DNA of 61,867 bases, the filler included, from Sphacelaria rigidula (lineage: Eukaryota), in NCBI GenBank assembly GCA_964200075.2. It is 11 parts of 11 records of this genome, joined end to end, with 100 filler letters (N's around TTAATTAATTAA, not from the genome) between each part and the next. Parts side by side here need not be neighbours in the genome. Positions count along the whole stretch, not along the records: positions 11,269 to 16,802 come from CAXNAA020026561.1; positions 16,903 to 22,436 come from CAXNAA020026562.1; positions 22,537 to 28,069 come from CAXNAA020026563.1; 8 more parts are not named here. One strand, written 5' to 3'. The position numbers and the translations under genes are program-made. Below the pieces are notes generated by a model. That model saw nothing but the letters and a program-made list of their open reading frames with translations. It did no database searches and was not told the origin of the DNA. This document shows, in pieces, positions 11,721 to 24,919 of this stretch (position 1 is its first letter; each line of letters begins with the position of its first letter).

Positions 11721-14700
11721 AGTACACTTTGCTATGCTTACCATGGGCACGCCTATCTTGCGACCACACGGCAGGATTCCCCGAAGCTCAGTCGATAAAT
11801 CAAAACAGTGATGAGCTGGCTTTCAAACACGAAGAAAAGGCTGGTCGACAGAATTTGAGCCCCAAACAAGTACACAATTGACGTAGTAGTACGTGCCTTG
11901 CACGGGAAATGGAGCAGAATCACTTAACGTGCGTGTAGCGGAAGGCCAAGAGAGTTTGACTTCGACAGCAAAAGCTGTGTCGGCGAAACCGCCGTGCTTG
12001 CCGTGAACTGACAGGTCAAGTCGATAGCACGACCAGCGAATATCGCACTATTTTTTCTGACGATACGAGCATGATGTTGGTCTCAAACGACGGCTGCTAG
12101 TCCTACTTGCATACGAAAAGGCATTGCGCTGGGTTCCGTACAACGTGGGTGAAATGGGATTGCGTCACGGGAGGGCAGAACGGAGCATTTCGGGCTTGCA
12201 TGAAAAACGATATCTGGTGTTTGGCGCTTTCGAAGAAACATCTATCGCCAATTTGTGTGCTGTGATCGATAAATTGAAAATCGAGATTCGTTGACAGTAT
12301 ACCTTCTGAGATTTCTATACAAATCAACCAGTGTGTTGATAACCACAGGCGTGATCGAGTTCGTTGACACCGCCGTGCCTTGTTCATTCAGGGGGTGGTA
12401 CAAAATGCTACGTAGAACTGACCCCAGTCAACCGGTTAGTTGTGGGTAAGGAGAGTTGACGGTGGACCCAACGTAAATTCGTGATTGGACAAGCGATATC
12501 AAATAATCAGTGTAAGAGACGCAGCCTTGGTTCTCACGTCTGGGGAAGAAGGGACAGACCATTATCTCGGAGGAAACGGTGTCCGAGTATGTACTTTTGA
12601 GAAAATATTGAAGATTGCGAGGCCTCTCAGTACGGTAATCGCCGTGACATGTTTACGGCCCACATTGTAGTAGCCCAACCCCCGAGGGTATCTGACGGCG
12701 GTGTACAGTACGGGAATAGACCTGTGTCGGTACAAAGAGTTCGTGGGCCATCAAACATAGCGTACAGGGTGGGCCGCCCAAGAAGCAGACTTTCCTTCAG
12801 TCGGTTCTAACTGGCGACGCATCGCGAGCTGTGACTACTGTGACACATCGTCGTAATGTGCAAATCAACGCGAGTCTTTCACGTCACGTAGCACTGCGAT
12901 CCGACAAGTTCCCATCAAACGAAATAGCAAACTGTAGTCGCCTGCGAGGTGTAGAGAGTTGAGGGTGACATGTGCGGCGGAATCAGGGAAAAACAACGGC
13001 TCAACTCGCATTTTCGGTTACAGTCGATTGTGCCGCGGCCACAGGGCGGTGGTGCTGCACAAGTTGTAGTTGTACAACAATGCATGTAATACACAGACGA
13101 GGCCTCCAGCGCGCCAAGACGTCTGGTAGTAGTCTGCGAGCCGGCGAGCAGTGGGTGAAGAAAGCTTGTAGAGAACGTTCCGGCTGAGGTTGTTGTACTC
13201 TGAAAGCAAGTCAACCGATTCTCAACAGGAAAGCGCGGTTGTGCCGGTGAATTTTGTAGAGCTCGGAAATGGTACCAGTTATAACTGGTCATTAGTATTA
13301 TAGTGGTAATAATGGTAATGATGTTATTAAAATCTTGAGTGATTGTTTCAAATCATTACTGACCGTTACCGGCTACGTATGCTACATACAGCCCTTGAAA
13401 ATTGGCCCAAGTTTGGCGTATTTTGTATTTTTTAGCTCTCGTGAAGCCAAATCGCGTTAAAATGTGCCTCCGGCGAGGCTCCCTTTGCCGGGGGGGGCTT
13501 TTTGGCTCGCGGCTGCGCCGCTCGATGAACAAACCATCATGCACCACTTAATCGGTTAATGGTTAGAAAAACCATTCCCGAGCCCTAGAATTTTGAGTTA
13601 CTTTCTATGAAATTTTAGAACGATGTACTTCGTACATGAGTTATGTGCGAAGCCCCTATCGTTGCCCCCTCATATATCTTTCCCTCGTGAGTTATTGGTG
13701 ATCGAGATTTGGAACATTTTTGCCCCGTACAAACGCGTCGACAACTCATTGGAAAAAAAAGGCAAGGGGGTACAACAGGGGCTTTACAACATACCTCAGA
13801 CCCACTTTTATGGCAGGCACGAATCTCGATTTTTTCAAAATCGGGGAACGCGTTTTTTGGACACCGATTTGGACCAAATCGGGGGGTCACGATGTCGGAA
13901 CGGTTTCCCCCGATTTTTCCGAAGAATCGGGGGAAACCGTTCCGACATCATGATGTACGTGCTTTGATGTACAATGCGAGAGTACGAGGCGTTTGATATT
14001 TTTGCAACCGCAGCGGAAAACAGTCTCGTGACAGCACAGGGCGTGCCTACTGCCCGCCCCAGCTGCTGCAGCAACTTCGCACGGGGTTTGACAAGCGGAT
14101 AAAGCACTGACGCCGTACCCTGCGGCGATAGTAATATTTCATGCTGCGCTACGCTGCCATATGTATCACTGTAACGAACGCTTTTCTTCTAGCTGTTGTC
14201 GCTGTACTTGAGGGGTGATGTACGGCACTGCACTGCTGAATTCTGCTCGCGCACTGTTTGTTCTCTGTCCTCGCAATACCGGCTGTGCCATCATGTACAA
14301 CCACACGGCATTATCATGTACTGTACTGATGTAGTGTCCTGCACTGTATTACCCTAGGGGGTCAAGGTGCGACACTGTACTCGAAGGATTCTCTACCGCC
14401 TGCCGGCTCTTCGGCTTCATGCACGAGTACGCAGTACCACACTCATGCAGAAAATGACCGTCTGTGTACAGAACCGTTATACAAATCTGTGATACGTCTG
14501 TGCCATAAAACGGTCCCCCCGATTTTGAGTCCACGAATTTGAGGTGAAATTAATTATTTGCTCGAAGCGCCATTATGGTCGAGCGTTTAAGATTGGCACC
14601 CGGCAAACACTGAGGACCCGTTTGAAATCAGCCGAAGAACTAAAACATGGGACACGTCCTGTTTCACCGTACTGCAGCACAAACACACTCACGTCCGGTC

Positions 14701-15579
14701 TCTTATTTGCTGTAGCCCATCACTGTTCTGTGTGGTTTTTAGATCTTGAGATGGCTTGAGGTCTGTATGGTTGAGATCGTCCCGCTCTGTAAAATATAGT
14801 ATCAATCGGGACGCAGTGCGGTATACACGCTCGTTTAAACTGTCTCGACTGTTGGAAAAAATCATGTTACCCGGACCCATCATATGCGCAATATCGAACA
14901 TGGCTGGGAAAAGACGCACAATCGGCGCCGGTATACACCGCTCGACCGGCTGGACCAGACCCCGTGCTCTCATGAAAGAAGCAGCGCACAGCACAGTGCG
15001 GATATACTGCACCGCCAGGGTACTGCTTGCACCCGTCAGCGTGGCGGCTGCTGCCGCTGGCATCGGCGCTCCCCGTCACGGAAAGACGCAACCAGCCACG
15101 ACACGAAGATGGGGGATATACCGATACACACGGGCATCGCAATGACCCACTGTGGCGGCAATGTACCACTCGCTGTCTGCTTGTGTGTTTGTAGCTTCGT
15201 TTCGCTGCTGCTGCTCTATCCTTCCCGACGTCCATTACAGGTGTGACTCGAGTCTGCGAGCCAATCACAAGCATTTTTCACTTCACAGTTCACTACGAAA
15301 GTCACATTTTATTGGCGCTAGATTCCGCCGATTCCTCACTAAAGGGCCTCTGATTGGTTGATTTTTTACATTTCACTACAAAAATCTATCTCTATGAATG
15401 GGCGTTGTGCCCCGAAAATCGGCGTCCCAGAAGAATCAAGATCGTTGCCATAAAAGTGGGTCTTTTACACATCGTGTCCAAATTTCGTGAAAAAAGACTT
15501 GAAAATTGAACAGCGTAAGTGCGTTTCATTTTTTCGTAGCTGGTGCATCTTCACAAAGGAACCGGTCTTCGACACGAAC

Positions 15580-15880
15580 ACGCGACGATGCTGCTCAATT
15601 TTGGGTCGTTCTCTATGAAATTTTGACAAGATGTACAGGACTTATTTTTATTGTGTGTGAAGAGCCCATCATCTCTCCCCTACATTTTTTTGTTTTTCGC
15701 CGTGAGTTATTGGCGAGTAAACATTCCAGAACAGTTTTTCGGAACTGAATCGTGAACAATTCACGAAAAAAAAACGTAGGGGAGAAAGGATAGGGTCTTC
15801 GCACATAATAATAGTAAGTCCTGTACATCGTGTCAAAATTTCATAGAAAACGACCCAAAATTGAGCAGCATAATCGCGTG
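15580..15880. mobile_element. MITE-like element with inverted arms of about 88 bp
   Basis: 15580-15668 is the imperfect reverse complement of 15793-15880. Related sequence at about 13590-13705 and 15467-15520. Confidence 0.7.
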
Positions 15881-18279
15881 CTCACATTCCTGTCCGCGTC
15901 TTGAGCGGCCCAGCCTGTAGCCACTCTGTACCATACGGTACGGAACATTACCGTACTCAAAGTACACACAAGATGATTTGTTGCACTCACTGGCCGTCTG
16001 GTACATCGAGTTACAGGGGAAAAATTCCCGGCTTCCTGGTTAGTACTTCACTGAACAGCAAGGAGACTATCCTGTTGTGTGTGGTGGCCCCAATTACAGC
16101 TGAGCGCGGGTGGTTTCTCAACAACATTTCACTACAACAGTTAAACACTGCTGTCTGTAAATATAAATAATAAATACGGAGTCTACAGAGGTTTACAGGC
16201 AAGAACGGTGTAACCGCTCCAGCCACGCGGAGCGTTTGCTGTCCCAAACACACCGCGAACACAAGAATCAAAACGCTGCACACCTTCGACGAAGCAGGCG
16301 TTGCATGTAGATAGAATCACCACTCCAATGCACCCGAAAACGCTCATTTTTCCGTGATTGACTTTCCTGACTACCTCAAGCCGCGGCTGTTTCTGCCAGG
16401 GACGAACATCAGCTGGTTCCGGTACACACACAGACAACAGTAGTGTTTGGTATGTGGTTCCAAAGTTTCGACGCATAAGAACGCCTTCGTACAGAATGGA
16501 TTTTTTATTGTTTGTTACGGTTCTGCACCATGAACGTGAGCTAGTCACGTCTCATCTCGTCGAGCTAATGGGTAACGTAGTGACAGCAACTTTGACCCAT
16601 ACATGAGGGGTAAGAGCTACATGCATTGTCAAGAATTGCACGAAGTAGCTTGTTAGCGACCAAGAACTGCAATTTGGGAGCGTCATGTGCTTGGGTACTC
16701 GTGACTGCTGCCGAGATAGCCTCCCCCCAAAACCGACCAAAAACGTGCACGGAGGCGATGATCATAACTGCCGTTAAAGCTGGTTTCGTGCTGCACTACG
16801 CGNNNNNNNNNNNNNNNNNNNNNNNNNNNNNNNNNNNNNNNNNNNNTTAATTAATTAANNNNNNNNNNNNNNNNNNNNNNNNNNNNNNNNNNNNNNNNNN
16901 NNGTTTTCGCGAAAAACGTACACCCCTACCGTAGCATTGCTCTTTCATACTGTACGTAATACACCTTTTGACACTGTAATCTGTTGTCCGGGATGTGCAA
17001 AAATGACAGACGGCGGCCCTTACTCGTAGAGCTATCCTGTTTTGGTTAATACGCCTTATTATCTTGTTTTTTTTGTTGCTTGGGCCGTCTGTCTAACTCC
17101 TTAAAACGGCGTGAGGTTTTTCGCTCTTGTGCGATGAACTTTGCCGTGCCGCGGTGAAACCGCAAACTACTTGGTTTTAGTACCAAAACGGCGCTTTTGG
17201 GCCTTCTTTGACGTGAACATGGAAATTCAAGCATCAGTTGATCGAGTTTTGCAACGAAAGTTTGTTGGGCCCATCCTTGGGTCATGCGGAGGCAGATAGT
17301 TCGCGAAAAGATGAAAAAAAATATGGTGGTGCCGTTTTCTGGGTTCCCAGAATGAAGACTACTTCGGAAAACGACTTCGATCCCGTCGGACCCCTGAAAA
17401 ACGGTGAAAGACTCAAGAAGCACAAAAAACATCGTCCGTAGAAAGTTGCGTGATGATACATAGCATAGTTATGCGAAGGTTCAGGATCTAACTCCTCATG
17501 ACAGCGTGAAAGTTCGCGCGTTTGTGGAGGACGTGGGCTTGAAACGTGCAACTCCTAACTACTTGGTCTTAGTGTGGAAACGTCTTTTGGGGTGAATTTG
17601 ACGTCAAGGCAAGACAAACTGGATGAACTTTTCGAGTTTCTCCACCAAACTTTGTACATGTGTTCCTTGGACTCTCCCGGGACGCATCATTTCATTATTT
17701 TTCTTTTACGGCATTCTGTACCGCCTTCCGGGGGTCTTCATGCTGGGACCTCCGGAAGCCGGTAGAGAACGGAGAAACCAATATATTTTGTCAAAAATAC
17801 ATTTTTTTACCATTTCGAGCATGAATACCTACGGAACTGTCGAGTTTGAGGGCGATCTGAGCTTTCCTACAACAGATATGGGGGACGCCGTCACGAGGTT
17901 CCCTGGGTATTTCGTGCGTATCATCGGAGGAAATTAGACGACGCCGACACTCGACATCACCGAAACATCACGGTTTCGGGTATAATTCGACCCCCGTAGT
18001 AACTGTTTTGAAAATATGATTTTCTCGTTAGATTCCCGTGTCGATGACGGTTACTACGATTTAAAACATGNNNNNNNNNNGACACATTTTCGTCCATAGC
18101 GCCACCGCTATGGCCTTAGACAAAAATCCGGCCATGTCACCCTCTTCGTCTCTTCATTGAGGCCAGTATGATACCATATATGCGACTATTGGGTGCGTAT
18201 TGCGGAAGGCATTTGCTGATGGCACATTTTTGGGTGATCACCGTGAACCAGCCTGTAGCCTCATACTCAAAATCGAGGT

Positions 18280-18711
18280 GACTTCACCACTTGCTAGTTG
18301 ACAGATATTTCTCGGACATTTATGGTTTGCGCAGGTGCTGATGCATTTCGAAGAACACTAACCCCAACCCCAACCCTAACCCTAACCCCAACGAAGACAT
18401 ACCGAGAACCCTCGGGCACGGTGGGTGCGGCGTGTTCCCTAGGCGAAGTATTCGTTGCTAGAGCCTCAAATCGGCGCTCCAGGCGCAACGCGTTCTGCGC
18501 ACGCTAGGAGCACGCCAGGAGCAGGGTGGCCCATCTGGATCACGCACAATTTTTTCAAGTAAATATTGATGCCGATTCAGCAGATGACCTACCCTCGGGG
18601 TCGAAGGGTCAAAGATCCGGATTTCGGTGTCTAGACTAAAATCCAATACTGCACCTGTCCACAAGCCGTAAATTTCCGAGAACTACCTTGAACTACCAAG
18701 TGGTGAAGTCT
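18280..18711. mobile_element. MITE-like element with inverted arms of about 60 bp enclosing telomere-like repeats
   Basis: GACTTCACCACTTG.TAGTT...TTCTCGGA.ATTTA.GG.TTG occurs at both ends in inverted orientation. (CCCCAA/CCCTAA)x5 at about 18358-18391. Confidence 0.6.
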
Positions 18712-18867
18712 ACTGCTTGAGTGGGAACGATTGCCAGGGATATCAGGTCCTAAATGAAATTCACTTTAAAAAATTTCAAATATGCAGCTTTTTTTAAAGC
18801 TAGGAGCACGCATGGTTGCAAAGCGTGGGCTGTTGGGCTGTTCATGGGACAGGCAGTTGGGATCGCA

Positions 18868-19885
18868 TCACTAGCAGTAGCCACGCTGGGTTCAACGCCA
18901 TCACCAGCAGTACCTACGCATAGGAGACACACTCCACGTGCACAGCTCCCACAGAGAAATGCGCACAGCTATATCTGCCAGAACCTCGCCGAGTAAGCAG
19001 GCATGGACCCATCGGCGGGTAGTACGTACTAGCGCTGTCCACCACAGTCGCCATCTCTCGTGCGTGGGTGTTGTAGCACGGTCGAAACGCGAACCGTTTA
19101 CGATCAAGAGCAGCAGCAGCATCGGCACCGCCTGATTCAGAACCACCCCCAACTGTACACATTTACTGGCAAGAAAGATGCTGCTGCTGCTGCTGCTGCT
19201 GCTTCTTCTTGTGCGGGAGGCGGTCCGCGTTTCGACGTGCGACAATACCCATGCACCTGGTGTGTCATTTCCTCCTCCCCACTTTACATCGATTATGATC
19301 TGTTTGCGTGTTGTTGCCCTTATATTGTATCACTATACTGTAGCATTTCAGTACGAGTGCGTGTCACTTGTTTTCCCCTGTATTGGACGCGGGCTTTATT
19401 CTTTCAACGCCATCACCAGCAGTAGCCACGCTTGCGAGACACACCCGATGCGCAGAGCTCGCACAGAGAGATTCACACAGCTATATCTCCTAGCACTTAG
19501 CCTGGGGAGAAAGCATTGACTTATGAGCGGGCAGTACGGACCAGCGCTTTCCGGCACGCTGGCTATCACGCATAAGGTGCACGGGCGTTGTAGCACGATT
19601 GAAACGCGGACCGTCTCTCCCATGAGGAAAAACGGCAGCAGCAGCAGCGGCAGCAGCAGCTGCAGTGTCGGCACTGGCTGATTTAGACCCACCCCCAGCC
19701 GCGTACATCTACTGGCAGTGAAGATGCTGCTGATACTGCTGCTGTTGCTTCTCCTCGTTCTCGTGCGGAAGGCGGTCCGCGTTTCGACCTGCGACAGTAT
19801 CCATACCCCCTTGCGCGTGGTTGCCGCCCTCCTTGAAGTCGCTGGTCTGTTCGCGTGCTGTTTTACCGTCTGTGTATCACTTGTT
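18868..19885 (+). repeat. Diverged tandem duplication (units of about 550 bp) containing CAG and CTG tracts
   Basis: About 18868-19380 aligns with about 19410-19885 (TGTAGCACG.T.GAAACGCG.ACCGT; GGCGGTCCGCGTTTCGAC.TGCGACA). Confidence 0.8.
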
Positions 19886-20507
19886 TCCCACCCTGGCATA
19901 TTCGATTAGAACGGCGCGTGAGTTCTCGTGATAATGAAGTTGTGAACCGTCACTTCACTATCACTATGACGAAGTGATTATCATTGAAATAAATGACACA
20001 CGCGGAGAGCGTTTTTTTTTCAGCGTTTTCCATGTGGTCGACATCGTGCCAGCGCGCTTGTGCACCAAAGCGCTGTACTTCCCTGTGGCAGCCCGTCACG
20101 GTAGTGCTCCTCATCTTTCATCATGTTTAACTCGAAAACACCCAGAAGAGATGCCAGCAAGTCCATCGTTGTTGCACTTGGGTTGTGGTGAATCAGTTGT
20201 TTTTCGATAGAACCCCCGCATGCTGCGTATCGTACCAAATAGCATATACCGTACCAGTTCCAAAACGGACACTGTATGCACTATATATACGCCACCGACG
20301 TGCTCTGGCTATCATGAACCCTGTACGAGGCGCGGGAAGCGCAGTTTTTGTCACGGGATGCAAGGACACAACCATACTGCAGTACAGGCAGTATGAAACA
20401 CGTGATTCGAACGAGAAAAAAGATGAAGCATTCACATTATGATGAATACCTGGGCGTTTTGGTACTGAAACGAGTCCACCAGTCCCTCCATTGCCTACCG
20501 TACGAAG

Positions 20508-20946
20508 ATAGCAAGGGTTGGACGAATCAGTGATTCGTCCGGAAATCATTCGATTTTTAGTGTAATTGATTCGTACCGTACGAATCAATCCTTAGGCTTT
20601 GTTTTTCAGCGTTGCAACCCAGGTACGCGTAGCCCAGGCACGTGGAACGGCACAAAAGATGCGTGGAGACCTGTTTGACCAGCGGTCGGCCCTCTTTTCT
20701 CTTTGGAGCAGTCAGGCCTGAGAAATCGTGGATTTGGTGATTCGAATCGGCGATGATTCGTCCGAGCCGTAGAAGATAGATACCACGTGTAAGTTACACA
20801 ACAAGTTACGGGCAGACCTTTTCACTTCAGAGTAGAAGGGCCCAGCCGAGACCATTCCGGTTTCACCACCGAAATCCGGGACCGCAACGGCATATCACAA
20901 TTACCGAAATAAATTGAAATTGGAAGCGCCCTGGACACGGGGCAAT
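20508..20946 (-). mobile_element. Dispersed repeat with terminal palindromes, Helitron-like non-autonomous element
   Basis: Close copy at 5635-6013 and diverged copy at about 23090-23380. Perfect palindromes at 20520-20540 and 20565-20589. The minus-strand end is CCCTTGCTAG|T in the 23090 copy (CTAT here). Confidence 0.45.
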
Positions 20947-23900
20947 GTATTGTGTACATTTTCGGAGTGTCCCCCGAACGCATTCTACCTTTAATCTGAC
21001 CATATTTATTTCACACGACCCAACACTAGTACACATGTACAAGTATCTCCTGTAGTTCGGACACATCAAATAGTAGGCGCTGTCACGTCCCTAGAACACA
21101 CTCGTGCTGATTCTTTCCCGCCAAAAATACATGTGCGATAATGAATTCCTACACAAGTTACTAGTGCCTGAATCTGTTAGCTTTGAGATCCTTTCCCTCC
21201 TCGTCTTTGGGGCAAACTGCGTCGTCGTCGTGTCGCTCCAGTCACCTCGCCTGGCTTCGCTACCCGTGGCTCTATACATAGCGCGGCTCCGGTGTGCTCG
21301 GGGCGCGGCCCGTACCCTCATCCGGTCCGAGCGGTCCTCCCTACAGGTCGGTCCCGGGGTGTTCAAATTCAGATGCGGTCCTGAATGCACGTGGTCCGAA
21401 GACCCATTACAATGGCACAAGCGGTGGTGGATGAGGATACGGGGTGAAGTCGCCACGACACAGAGGTTGCGCTGCGGAAAATAGTAGCGTTGGCCGGCCG
21501 TGCGCAGAAAGCTGCTGCTATACATCCTCTGTGACTTGATGACATCATGCATTTGTCGGCGCCGGTGATACCGGCAGAGGTGTTACGGTAGGGAAGTGGG
21601 GGTAGGACGTGTAAAAAAACAAAGCAACCCGTGTGCATGTCAATGACGCTTGTGCAAAGGTGGTGTCGAAGGTGTTGGCAGAGGGAAGCAGGAGCTGCAG
21701 CAAGCTGCCGGGTCAGAGTATGAAGTGGGACATGATCTAGGTTTGAGGGTGGCACAAAAATCTGAAAGCTGTTCGATTCGGCACAAGTCAATCACGCACT
21801 CCGTCGTGGTTCATGTAAATGTACAGATGGCTTGCGTAGTGTAACGGACGGAGGGGGGAAGGAGCATGCGATCCGGTACTGTCGATTGGGGGCATTTGGA
21901 GGCTGGGCAACTCCGTGTAGCTCATCTTCAGGTGGTGGCCGACGGTCGGACACTTGTGAAGAATGATACCATAATAAGCCTACGAGCTGGGCCAGCTTAA
22001 AAGCGGCTAAAAGTTGCTCACACTACAGCTTTCCTACTTTCCCGAATGGACCCGATGTAAGCATATCACTGTGAAATACAGATCAACCTGGTAACACACG
22101 GCACCGCCGCTGAAGGAAGAAAAAATGAAAGAAAATGTACTGCATAATATATGACCTTAACGACGGACGGAAAAAAAAAAATGTCGGGATTCGAACTCAT
22201 GATCTCCATGATTGGAGTCTCCCATCACTTGAATCATAGGGGTGCAGCAGCGCCGTGCAAAACGTTGCACGCATGGCCCAATTTGACGACTCTTGAGCTG
22301 AAATTGCACAAAGACGTTCTGCACCCAAGGAAATGATACATCCCGTGAGCAGCTACAGATTCTCACTATTTTCCTGGAGTCATCCTACGATAGTGGAGGG
22401 GGTATTTGGTTGCACGAAAAAAGAGGCTCATAAGTGNNNNNNNNNNNNNNNNNNNNNNNNNNNNNNNNNNNNNNNNNNNNTTAATTAATTAANNNNNNNN
22501 NNNNNNNNNNNNNNNNNNNNNNNNNNNNNNNNNNNNATACCTAAATATAACGCAACTCATTATAGGCTGTCATCCAAATGCAAGATTTTTCGGCCCGAAG
22601 CCCACTGATCATCTTGCATTTGGATGACAGCCTATAATGAGTTGCGTTATTTTTAGGTATCGCCGCTTCCAGAGACCGCCACAGCTTTTACACTGCCTCA
22701 TGGGTGTTTAACCAGTTGTTTTCATTTATAGTGTTGGGGGCTATCGTAGAAAGTGTCGCATGGTGTGAGAAAAAATCCCAGATCGCTCAGAGAATTGAGC
22801 TCACGACTCAATCGTCAGGAGGTTTCGAGGTTACCAACTGAGCCACCGAGGCGACCGGCCAGTAATAGTGATGATGATAATGATCATTATAATTATTATC
22901 ATTATCATCATCATCACGATGAAAATGAGCTCGCTCATGATCCAGATCAGTACACTCATAACAAGTGATATTTAGGTTGCGCATGGGCTGCCCGACTTGC
23001 GCAATACTGCAAGGTACGTGAGATATGGACTGCACACCCTGGACGAAAGAGTGTACTGTCATTATCCAGAGTGTGGTGCACTGCCCACACTAGCAAGGGC
23101 CAAAACAAATGAATTATTTCGGTCAAAGAATACCTCCTTTGTGTCGTATAAATGATCGGTACCGCACGAGTCAATCCTTCAAACTTATTTTCAACGTTAC
23201 GCTCACTGCACCATATACGTGCATCCCAGGCACATGCGAAAGCGGATCATTTGCGTGGAGAGTTTCTTCTTTCTCCTACCCACCCGCAGTCAACAATTTT
23301 GTTGTTAGTTGTCTTTTTCGAGCATTCAGGCCTCACACATCGCAGAGTTGATCGGTTGAACCAGCGATAATTCGTCAGACTATCAGAAACTAGTGAGAAT
23401 ACCGGAACGCCCAGAGAGGAGTACCTGAAGTATGGACAAATGAGGTATGCACCATATCAGCGTACCCACGGATATTTTGTACCGTGGCCTACCTTACCCT
23501 AAGCGCCTTTTTAGGTCATGCTGGGTAGGGTTAATACCCAGGTATTTTCCCTCCCGAATTTTGTGTTGCGATGGTCCCATCTCTATACTTTACCCGAATA
23601 TTGGGCAAAAGTTAGATATTTCTTCACTCAAAATCTGTATTCTAGAGTACGATCTCAATGCTCAACCCAAGGGTTTGAGTGCTTTGAGGACGACCTTTCA
23701 AAATGCCCAAATGTAGAAAATACCCTACCCAACAAACCATTCGGCACGTCGGGTAGACGGACGTATTGTACCCGATTTCATGAGGTATATACCTCAGTGT
23801 GACCGTTTCTATGAGGTATATATTGTATTGTACCCGTTTTCATGGGGTACATACGTTTTGTTGTCTCATCCTTTTATTTTTTTCTTCCCCACCATCGGGT

Positions 23901-24128
23901 GCGCAGGTTCATATGATATACTGTACAGGATTACGCGTAGGGGCGGATTTCGAAGATGTCACAGCAACCACTGAGCCATTCAGTCAGCACTGCCTTAGTT
24001 GCGCAGAGGATATTCTAGCATCCTAGCAACAAAATGTTGATCCTGGTGTCCGTTCAAGCTGTTGAGCCTGTCGATGGCAAAGTGATGATTGTGGCATCTC
24101 AGTATTATTGACCATCGTGTTTTTCTTT

Positions 24129-24919
24129 TCAAGAACAAGACCAACTTTTGATGTACGGAGCTGCTACCCTCACAACGCCCTTTTTGATCGCACCCATTGA
24201 ATAACTCTTTCCGAACCCCATTTTCTGTAACAGCGACGGTGCCTGTGGGCTCGATAAATGTGTCGTCGAAAAAACCTCGTCTGAATATATCTTTTCGTGA
24301 GTCAGACTTGCTTCTTTCGACAGCGTAGGCAGGCAGGCTCTCGTGTCCTGGCAAAGCCGAGTGTGGATAAGGACACCAGGGGGAGCGATGAGAAAACGCC
24401 TTGCGGTTGTCGGGGTATAATATTTTGCGGCACATATTGTCATGTAATGATATTAGTACAGGGACTGACTGTTGTAAGGATGCCGTTTGGGTGTCTTGGC
24501 GGTTGAACTCCTTTTTGGGCGCCAGAGCTCCTTTCGGAACAGAAATAACGTTCCCGACGCTATAGCATAGCATAAGAGCCTCAATCAACTCTAGTGGTAA
24601 AACTCCTTGTGTTGTAGTGCGCTGACTTCCTGGTTTCCCCTTTCAACGTTGTCGGGGTATTTCAAATATTTTACGCACGTGGGCGAAAATCCACCATGTA
24701 AGCAGTACTCATGCCTGGAAGCACCGGCATTGACTCCAGGAGTGATTCGAAGTACATGAAAAGTTGTGAGCTGAGCTGATTGTTGCCGATATCCTCTGTG
24801 TAATATGCAATGTGGGGTGCGGGCATAGTCTGCATTTCAACTCTAACACTCCTCCGCTTCCTTGCTTTTTTACTCACCACATCAAATCGATTTTCTGACT
24901 CGCGGTCAACTCGCACCAA
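24129..24919 (-). pseudogene. Possible highly decayed piggyBac-type transposase
   Basis: HEKIYSDEVFSTTHL...LLQKMGFG...MGAIKK resembles the H.+Y.DN.F.S..L...L...G....GT+R block. An upstream fragment has VD...RK.R....EMQTM. Many stops and frameshifts. Confidence 0.3.

Noticed and set aside
22762..22860. Functional tRNA gene
   Set aside because: It has A/B boxes but no complete cloverleaf, and matches the SINE head at 52681.
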